Below the pieces are notes generated by a model. That model was not told the DNA's origin. It saw only the letters and a program-made list of their open reading frames with translations, and made no database searches. Shown one piece after another: positions 1 to 6,609 of a DNA stretch of 62,276 nt (positions within the stretch are counted from its first letter, which is position 1; each line of letters opens with the position of its first letter). The position numbers and the translations under genes are program-made. This DNA is from Euryarchaeota archaeon UBA602 (GTDB lineage: Archaea > Thermoplasmatota > Poseidoniia > Poseidoniales > Thalassarchaeaceae). The DNA is taken from contig DAHO01000052.1 in assembly GCA_002498455.1 (NCBI GenBank), positions 25,527-87,802 of the forward strand, written 5' to 3'.

Positions 1-1013
1 ATTTCGGCAACCATCTCACCTTGGGCACTGGCCCTATGCGCCAGCATGGGTTCACCCGATACATCACCAATCGCATAGACGCCTTTCATCGATGTTTTAC
101 ATTGATTATCAATTCGGATGAATCGTCCATCTGAATCCATTCTCAGTCCCATCTTCTCTAGTCCCCATCCTTGTGTATTCGGCCTTCTACCTACTGTAAC
201 TAGAACCTTATCGAAGATTTCTGATTGCATTTCGCCGTCCTTATCCTTCCAAGTAAGTTCTACCTTACCATCTTTGATTTCAGCTCCTTGGGCCAAACAA
301 TTGGTGTGTGTAACCACACCATTCTTTCTCAACCAAGTCGTCAGAGGTCTGCGTAATTCATCATCAAAGATGGCCATGACTTTGTCGAGTCCTTCGACTA
401 CGGTGACTTCACTACCCAGGCGCCTTAGGGCAATTCCCAATTCTAGCCCGATATATCCTCCACCAATCACAGCGACCTTCTCTGGTAGGCTGTCGAGATC
501 TAAAGCTCCTGTCGAAGAGCAAATGTGTTGCTCATCGAATTTCATGAAAGGCAATTCAATCGGCGATGATCCTGTAGCGAGGATGACATTTTCTGCTTCG
601 ATTGCGATTGTTCCATCTTCGGTCTCTACAGTACAATTCTTGGCATTCTGGAATGTAGCCCATCCTTTGATGAGTTCTGCACCTGCACTCTTCAGCAGGT
701 GCTCGACCCCTTTGTTGAGACGCTCCACAATATCGTCTTTCCAAGAGACCAGTGCGGGCATGTCTAGTGCGACGTCTCCGCTAATGCTGATGCCCATATG
801 TCCGTCCTTATGGTGCGCTAAATGTTCAAACCGTTCTGAAGCATGAATCATAGCCTTTGAGGGTATACACCCACGAATCAAACAAGTTCCACCGGCTTTA
901 TCACCTTCAACAATCACAGTGTCTAAGCCCAATTGCCCAGCTCGAATTGCAGCAACATATCCGCCGGGCCCCGCTCCAACAACCAAGACTTGGCACTTTC
1001 GTGTTTCACTCAT
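1..1013 (-). CDS. lpdA: dihydrolipoamide dehydrogenase (E3 of a 2-oxoacid dehydrogenase complex); 3' end lies outside the window
   Basis: The reverse frame is open from the window edge to an ATG at 1013..1011. The N-terminus MSETRKCQVLVVGAGPGG is an FAD GxGxxG fold, followed by the GGTCLIRGCIPSK redox-disulfide signature. It is missing from the ORF track because no stop lies inside the window. It sits directly downstream of E2. Confidence 0.9.
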   Translation of the reverse strand, partial: MSETRKCQVLVVGAGPGGYVAAIRAGQLGLDTVIVEGDKAGGTCLIRGCIPSKAMIHASERFEHLAHHKDGHMGISISGDVALDMPALVSWKDDIVERLNKGVEHLLKSAGAELIKGWATFQNAKNCTVETEDGTIAIEAENVILATGSSPIELPFMKFDEQHICSSTGALDLDSLPEKVAVIGGGYIGLELGIALRRLGSEVTVVEGLDKVMAIFDDELRRPLTTWLRKNGVVTHTNCLAQGAEIKDGKVELTWKDKDGEMQSEIFDKVLVTVGRRPNTQGWGLEKMGLRMDSDGRFIRIDNQCKTSMKGVYAIGDVSGEPMLAHRASAQGEMVAE

Positions 1014-1022
1014 TTTGATTCC

Positions 1023-2297
1023 TCACATGAAGATGAGCGCCGGGTGCTCAAGCAGTCTCTTCAACGATTGTACAAGGGCTGCCCCATCTGCACCATCGAC
1101 GACCCTGTGGTCCCAAGAAGAGGATACGTTCATGATTCGACGGATGGTAATCTGCCCGTTTTGGACCACTGGCATGTCGCGTGCTTTGTGAACGCCGAGA
1201 ATTCCAACTTCAGGATGGTTGATAATCGGGGTGGCTCCCAAGCCACCATCTCTTCCCAAACTGGTAATCGTGAAGGTTGAGCCCGCCAGGTCCTCCATGG
1301 TTGCCGTTCCATCACGGCAAGCCCCGGAGACGCGCTGCATTTCAGCCGCTGCACTCCATACGTCCATGGCTTCAACGTTTTTCACGACGGGGACAAACAA
1401 TCCACGGTCGGTTGCTGTAGCAATGCCCAAGTGGACGGCTTCATGTCGGATGACCTTATTCGCTTCTTCGTCGTAAATCGCATTGCATTCAGGGTGGTTT
1501 GGCATTGCCTTTGTCAGGGCCAGCATGATGAATGGAAGGTAGGTCAACTTGGGTTGATCGGGACCTCGCGTTGCATTGAGATGTTGGCGAAGGGATTCCA
1601 ACTCCGTGACATCAATTTCCTCAAAGTATGAGAAATGCGGGATTCTAGTTTTGGATTCGACCATTTTCTCAGCGATCTTTCGACGAAGTCCGACGACTGG
1701 GTGCTCGCTGGTGCCGGTGCGAGCGACACCGGTCGATGCCGCAGGTGCACGCATGGCGCCACCAGAAGCAATGTATGCATCCAAGTCAGCATTCCGAACG
1801 CGGCCTGCAGGGCCACCACCGGGGACTAGAGAAAGATCGATTCCAGCCTCAGTTGCTCTTCGACGTACAACAGGGCTGGCGAGCACACGACCTCCTGAAC
1901 TGACCACAGGGGCCGGTGCTGGAGTTGAGACAGGCGCGGGCGTTGGTGCAGGTGTAGGTGCGGGAGTAGGCGCTGGCACGACCTCAGGTTCTGGCTCCGG
2001 CTCTGGTTCCGGTTCTGGCTCCGGTTCGGGTTCAGAAGCTGTGGCGTTTCCTTCCCCGTCAATCTCGAATTCAATCAATGGTCCACCAACAGCAATCATA
2101 TCGCCAATTTCTCCATGCAATTTGGTTACAACACCATCATTCGTTGCAGCAATCCCAACGGTGGCTTTGTCAGTCATGATGTCAACCATCGGCTGATCTT
2201 CTGAGACGGTGTCTCCAACAGCAACGTGCCAAGCGGTAATTTCACCCTCGACAACACCTTCTCCGATATCTGGCAGTTTGAACACATATGTTCCCAT
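1023..2297 (-). CDS. dihydrolipoamide acyltransferase (E2), with one lipoyl domain
   Basis: ORF 1023..2393 was trimmed to the internal Met (MGTYVFKLPDIGEGVVEGEI), which lies 3 nt after the E1beta stop. It shows the lipoyl-lysine motif DIMTDKATV, a Pro/Glu and Pro/Ala/Thr linker, a subunit-binding segment (ASPVVRRRA) and a catalytic C-terminus with DHRVVDGA. Confidence 0.9.
   Translation of the reverse strand: MGTYVFKLPDIGEGVVEGEITAWHVAVGDTVSEDQPMVDIMTDKATVGIAATNDGVVTKLHGEIGDMIAVGGPLIEFEIDGEGNATASEPEPEPEPEPEPEPEPEVVPAPTPAPTPAPTPAPVSTPAPAPVVSSGGRVLASPVVRRRATEAGIDLSLVPGGGPAGRVRNADLDAYIASGGAMRAPAASTGVARTGTSEHPVVGLRRKIAEKMVESKTRIPHFSYFEEIDVTELESLRQHLNATRGPDQPKLTYLPFIMLALTKAMPNHPECNAIYDEEANKVIRHEAVHLGIATATDRGLFVPVVKNVEAMDVWSAAAEMQRVSGACRDGTATMEDLAGSTFTITSLGRDGGLGATPIINHPEVGILGVHKARDMPVVQNGQITIRRIMNVSSSWDHRVVDGADGAALVQSLKRLLEHPALIFM
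1905..2033 (-). repeat. coding low-complexity tandem repeat, (PE)n followed by (PAPT)n, forming the inter-domain linker of E2
   Basis: The translation reads SEPEPEPEPEPEPEPEPEVVPAPTPAPTPAPTPAPVSTPAPAPV. The plus strand shows ggttctggctccggctctggttccggttctgg-type 6-nt periodicity. Confidence 0.8.
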
Positions 2298-2299
2298 TT

Positions 2300-3313
2300 T
2301 TATTCCTCCATTGTGGCTCGCATGGCCTCTGTAATTCGCGCTTGACTTGGGAAATAATCCCATTCTAGGCTGTGCGGATAGGGTGTATCCCATCCTGTGA
2401 CTCTTTGAATCGGTGCCTCAAGATGCCAGAAACATCGTTCCTGAACTTGCGACATCAGTTCAGCACCAAACCCGGATGTCCGAGGTGCTTCATGGACAAT
2501 GACACACCGTCCTGTCTTTTTGACCGAGTCCTCAATGGCATCGATGTCGAGGGGGACTAGGGTTCGCAAATCGATGACTTCAGCATCAATCCCACTATTT
2601 TCTGCTGCAGCGGTTGCGACGTGAACCATGGTGCCATAGCAAAGGATGGTTACTTCCTTACCGGCTCGTACAATCTCAGCCTTGCCCAAGGGGATGTTGT
2701 AATATTCCTCAGGGACCTCACCCTTGGGGTGGCTGTCCCACTTGACCATTGCAGCGGTGTGGTCCCCATCAAAGGGTCCGTTGTACAATCGCTTGGGTTC
2801 AAAGAAAATTACAGGGTCATTGCATTCGATGGATGAAATCAACAACCCTTTGGCGTCGTAGGGGTTTGAACAGATGACGACCTTCAGTCCGGGTGTGTGT
2901 GTGAAGTAAGCTTCTGGGGATTGACTGTGGTAGTGTCCACCCTTGATTCCACCGCCACATGGGGTTCGAATGGTGACGGGCGCACTGTATTCTCCACCCG
3001 AGCGGTATCGAAGTTTGGCCAATTCATTGGTAATCTGGTCGAAGCCCGGGAAGATGTAGTCTGCAAACTGAATTTCAGCAACAGGTCGCAACCCATTCAT
3101 TCCCATGCCGATGGCAATGCCGACGATACCACCCTCAGCCAAGGGTGTGTCAAATGAACGGTGTTTGCCAAATTTTTCTTGTAGGCCAGATGTGCATCGG
3201 AATACACCTCCGTAGAATCCAGCATCTTCACCAAATGAAACTACGGTCTCGTCGCGTTCAAACATGTTGTGGAGGGCGGAGTTAACCGCTTGGATGATGT
3301 TCATCTGCGCCAT
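2300..3313 (-). CDS. 2-oxoacid dehydrogenase E1 component, beta subunit
   Basis: ORF 2300..3352 was trimmed to Met14 (MAQMNIIQAVNSAL), whose ATG overlaps the E1alpha stop by 1 nt (TAATG). It has a transketolase-like pyrimidine-binding region (FDTPLAEGGIVGIAIGMG), and length and order fit E1beta. Confidence 0.9.
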   Translation of the reverse strand: MAQMNIIQAVNSALHNMFERDETVVSFGEDAGFYGGVFRCTSGLQEKFGKHRSFDTPLAEGGIVGIAIGMGMNGLRPVAEIQFADYIFPGFDQITNELAKLRYRSGGEYSAPVTIRTPCGGGIKGGHYHSQSPEAYFTHTPGLKVVICSNPYDAKGLLISSIECNDPVIFFEPKRLYNGPFDGDHTAAMVKWDSHPKGEVPEEYYNIPLGKAEIVRAGKEVTILCYGTMVHVATAAAENSGIDAEVIDLRTLVPLDIDAIEDSVKKTGRCVIVHEAPRTSGFGAELMSQVQERCFWHLEAPIQRVTGWDTPYPHSLEWDYFPSQARITEAMRATMEE

Positions 3314-4566
3314 TAGATTCCCACCTGCCCGCGTTGTTCTAGCAAATGCCACGGCTCATCTTCGTAAACATCTTCGAAGAGTGTAGTGACTGGAGGGAAG
3401 GGTCCATCCTTCAGTGTACCATGAGTTTCAGCTTCCTTGTAAGCAGCAATAATTTCGTCTTTGCATTGAGCTTGCAACGCTTCATGTCGTGCATCGTCCC
3501 ATTCACCTATCTTCACTAGGTGTGCTTTGAGCCGATCAACGGGGTCTCCCAACGGCCAATTCTCGTACCCGTCTCCTGGACGGTAAATGCTGGGGTCATC
3601 GGAAGAAGAATGACTGTCGCCGCGATAGGTGTACATCTCCAACAGCGTGGGTCCATGTCCTGCCCGTGCTCGTTCCGTGGCCCACTTGTGAGCGGCGTAT
3701 ACAGCCAACAAATCTTGACCATCGACACGAATCGAAGCGACGTTGTAAGGGATGCCTCTAGCGGCGAAAGATGAACCTCCATGTGCAAGATTTCGGTGTG
3801 TTGAAATCGCCCATTGGTTGTTGACTACGACCAATACACAAGGGGCCTGATAGACTGAAGCGAAGTTTAGACCATAGTGGAAGTCACCCTGTGCAGAGGT
3901 TCCTTCCCCAAGCCACGTGCATGCGATGCTATCTTCGCCGCGGTAAGCAAATGCCATCGCAGCACCGACAGCCTGTGGAAATTGTGTGCCGACGGGACTC
4001 GAAATCGAAACGAAATTCCCTTCTTTCCAAGAATAGTGAACGGGCATTTGGCGACCCTTGACATTGTCATTTGAGTTTGTGATACAGTGGCTGATCATGT
4101 CGACCATACTTCGACCTCGGACGAAAAGGAGGCCCTGCTGGCGATAAGAAGGGACGACAATGTCCCGGTTTTCCATGGCCATTGCCGCTCCAACACTCAC
4201 GGCCTCCTCGCCGAGACACTTCATGTAGAATGAAAGCCGACCTTGACGCTGCATCATCATCATACGGTCATCGTAGGCGCGAATCCGAACCATATGCTCT
4301 AGAGCGGCTCGCAATTCATCGGCACTGAGTTTTGGATCCCATTCGCCGACCGCTTCATCATCATCATTCAGTACACGCAACAAACCATAGGCCAAATCAC
4401 GGGTTTCTTCACCTGCACAGTCGATCGAGGGTTTCGTATGATGCCCTGCAGGAATCTCATGTGGTGATGGGAACGATGTACCTCCTTCTCGATGAGGGGG
4501 GACAGGTACATGCATGTTAACCTCAGAATCTTCGCCCATAATCTTCACCAATCCAAAGTCGCTCAT
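3313..4566 (-). CDS. 2-oxoacid dehydrogenase E1 component, alpha subunit (TPP-binding)
   Basis: This 417-aa ORF carries a TPP-binding region (GEGTSAQGDFHYGLNFASV...VVNNQWAIST). Its ATG overlaps the lipA stop (ATGA). Confidence 0.9.
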   Translation of the reverse strand: MSDFGLVKIMGEDSEVNMHVPVPPHREGGTSFPSPHEIPAGHHTKPSIDCAGEETRDLAYGLLRVLNDDDEAVGEWDPKLSADELRAALEHMVRIRAYDDRMMMMQRQGRLSFYMKCLGEEAVSVGAAMAMENRDIVVPSYRQQGLLFVRGRSMVDMISHCITNSNDNVKGRQMPVHYSWKEGNFVSISSPVGTQFPQAVGAAMAFAYRGEDSIACTWLGEGTSAQGDFHYGLNFASVYQAPCVLVVVNNQWAISTHRNLAHGGSSFAARGIPYNVASIRVDGQDLLAVYAAHKWATERARAGHGPTLLEMYTYRGDSHSSSDDPSIYRPGDGYENWPLGDPVDRLKAHLVKIGEWDDARHEALQAQCKDEIIAAYKEAETHGTLKDGPFPPVTTLFEDVYEDEPWHLLEQRGQVGI

Positions 4567-5528
4567 AGCGTTTCGCTGTCACCAAAGGTGACGATTTCTC
4601 CTGCGTTCATCGCCTCCTCGTAGAGAAGGCCGCCCCTGTAAGATGAACGGACCAGTGGTCCACTGGCTACAGCTTTGAAACCCAAATCTCTAGCCTCTTG
4701 ACCCCATTTACTGAATAATTCAGGTTCTGGGAACCGATCGATTGGAAGATGTTTGGGTGAGGGTGCGAGATATTGTCCAATGGTCAATAAGTCGACATTC
4801 GCTTCACGCAAAAGTCGCATGGCATGCAATATTTCTTCATCGGTTTCACCTACACCAACCATGATACTGGATTTTGTCAGGATGTCGGGTCTCAAACGCT
4901 TCGCTTCTCGTAGGATGGATATGGATTGGTCAAACGATGCCCTCGGGTCTCGGACTCTGCGATCGAGTCGAGGAACACATTCGACATTGTGTGCGAAGAC
5001 CAAGAGTTCCAAGTCTGTCAACAGGGTAGAAAGTGCATTCAAATCACCATTCAAGTCAGAGCATAAGAATTCCAGACCAACATCTGGATTCCTTCGATTG
5101 ACCGCTTCCAAGCATGCGCGATAATGTGCAGCACCCGCATCGGGCAACTCATCTCGATTCACGCATGTGATGACTGCGTAAGTGACACCCATCAAGTCTA
5201 CTGCTTCCGCCAGGTTTTCCGGTTCTTCAAGATCGAGAGGGGGTGGCCTCCGATCGGTTCCCACCGCACAGAATTTGCAGGCTCTGGTACATTGCTCTCC
5301 GGCGACCATGAATGTCGCAGTTCCTTTCCCCCAACAATCGTGAATATTGGGGCATCGTGCTTCTTGACAGACCGTCGCCAACCCATGTTCCAAAACATTT
5401 CCAAGGACTTCATTGAATGCGAGTTGAGCCTTGCCTGTGGGTAAATTGGTGCGAAACCAAGAAGGCAACCGCTTTCGCGATTCCTTCCTACGCTCGACAC
5501 TGGAGAGATTTCCATCCTCCCTTGCCAT
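4563..5528 (-). CDS. lipA: lipoyl synthase (radical SAM)
   Basis: It shows CPNIHDCW plus the radical-SAM CTRACKFCAV motif. The ORF-track start at 5549 is a TTG; an in-frame ATG at 5528 (MAREDGN) is preferred. It is the first gene of the OADH operon. Confidence 0.9.
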   Translation of the reverse strand: MAREDGNLSSVERRKESRKRLPSWFRTNLPTGKAQLAFNEVLGNVLEHGLATVCQEARCPNIHDCWGKGTATFMVAGEQCTRACKFCAVGTDRRPPPLDLEEPENLAEAVDLMGVTYAVITCVNRDELPDAGAAHYRACLEAVNRRNPDVGLEFLCSDLNGDLNALSTLLTDLELLVFAHNVECVPRLDRRVRDPRASFDQSISILREAKRLRPDILTKSSIMVGVGETDEEILHAMRLLREANVDLLTIGQYLAPSPKHLPIDRFPEPELFSKWGQEARDLGFKAVASGPLVRSSYRGGLLYEEAMNAGEIVTFGDSETL

Positions 5529-5599
5529 CGGCAATTTCGCTCCGACCAATTACCCCTCTCCGTTTACTCGTATCGTCGGCCTCAGTTAATCGTTTGTTC

Positions 5600-5617
5600 C
5601 CCGACCCTAGGGTCGGG
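5600..5617. promoter_or_regulatory. perfect 18-nt GC-rich palindrome in the divergent lipA/SDR intergenic region
   Basis: CCCGACCCTAGGGTCGGG is its own reverse complement. It lies between the divergent starts at 5528 (-) and 5656 (+). Confidence 0.3.
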
Positions 5618-5655
5618 TTCGGAGAATTGAAGGCGGGAACCTCTGCCCGCATGTC

Positions 5656-6408
5656 ATGGCGAATCCTCTCGATGACCGTGTGGCCCTTGTAACTGGTGGG
5701 TCGGCAAGAATTGGTGCAGAAATCTCTCGGCGACTGGCTAATGCCGGGGCGATTGTGGCTGTACACTGTCACCGTAATCTTGCAGCTGCAGAGGATCTGA
5801 TAGAAGAAATCGAAGATTCGGGAGGGGAAGCATTTCTGGTTCGAGGGGATCTCTCCGAAGAGGATGATCGAAGTGCTTTAATTGAAGCCGTGATTGAGCA
5901 AGCGGGACGTTTGGATATTCTTGTCAACAACGCTTCTATATTTGAGAGCATGTCGCTGGATGAGATGTCTACCGATGCGGCTCGCATGATGTGGAAAATC
6001 AATGCAGAAGCACCTCTAATGTTGATCCATCATGCAGCCCCTCACCTACGATTTGGTGGCAAAAATCAACCCGGTGCCATCATCAATTTAGTGGACAATG
6101 CCAGCGGTCGAGGTGATTGGCCTCATCTCAGCCATTACTGTGCTTCGAAGGCAGCGTTACTTTCCGTAACTCGCAGCCTTTCGCAAGAATTGGCACCGAT
6201 GATTCGAGTCAACGCCGTTGGCCCCGGCGCAATTCTCTTCCAAGATTGGGAATCCGAGGAGAAACGGTCCTCAATCCTCTCGTCTATACCGATGGGGCGG
6301 CAGGGATTGGCCGAAGAAATTGCTGATACAGTTCTGTTTTTGGCCGGGGGTCCCGACTACATTACTGGTCAGATTATCGACGTCGATGGCGGCTGGTCTT
6401 TGTCGTAG
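5656..6408 (+). CDS. short-chain dehydrogenase/reductase (SDR), pteridine-reductase-like
   Basis: It has the N-terminal TGGSARIG Rossmann motif, NNAS, and the catalytic YCASK (YxxxK). Its length is 250 aa. Confidence 0.8.
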   Translation: MANPLDDRVALVTGGSARIGAEISRRLANAGAIVAVHCHRNLAAAEDLIEEIEDSGGEAFLVRGDLSEEDDRSALIEAVIEQAGRLDILVNNASIFESMSLDEMSTDAARMMWKINAEAPLMLIHHAAPHLRFGGKNQPGAIINLVDNASGRGDWPHLSHYCASKAALLSVTRSLSQELAPMIRVNAVGPGAILFQDWESEEKRSSILSSIPMGRQGLAEEIADTVLFLAGGPDYITGQIIDVDGGWSLS

Positions 6409-6440
6409 TGTTCAAGTCCCGAGTCCGGCTCAAGCAGTCC

Positions 6441-6526
6441 GCAGGGGTACCCGAGCTGGTCAAAGGGGCCGGACTTAAGCTCCGGTGGCGATGCCTTCGT
6501 GGGTTCGAATCCCACCCCCTGCACCA
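6441..6526 (+). tRNA. tRNA-Leu (anticodon TAA), type II with a long variable arm and encoded CCA
   Basis: Hand-folded cloverleaf: acceptor GCAGGGG/CCCCTGC, anticodon stem CCGGA/TCCGG with loop CTTAAGC, long variable arm, T-arm GTGGG-TTCGAAT-CCCAC, discriminator A plus CCA. Confidence 0.9.
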
Positions 6527-6609
6527 ATTTCGGTGATTCATCCGTTCCTGATGTGGGATATTTCCCCGATGCGCAAAACAACCACCTTTTGCAAACCGTT
6601 TAATGGACC

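Noticed and set aside
118-846. A 242-aa plus-strand ORF at the left edge.
   Set aside because: It is antisense to the clearly recognisable dihydrolipoamide dehydrogenase frame (GxGxxG and CLIRGC motifs on the minus strand). Its translation is Ser/Pro/Leu-rich with no motif.
6409-6609. tRNA-Leu, and tRNA-Lys at 53674, considered as possible integration hotspots flanking a mobile island.
   Set aside because: No integrase, transposase, direct repeat of the tRNA 3' end or other mobile-element gene was found next to either tRNA.
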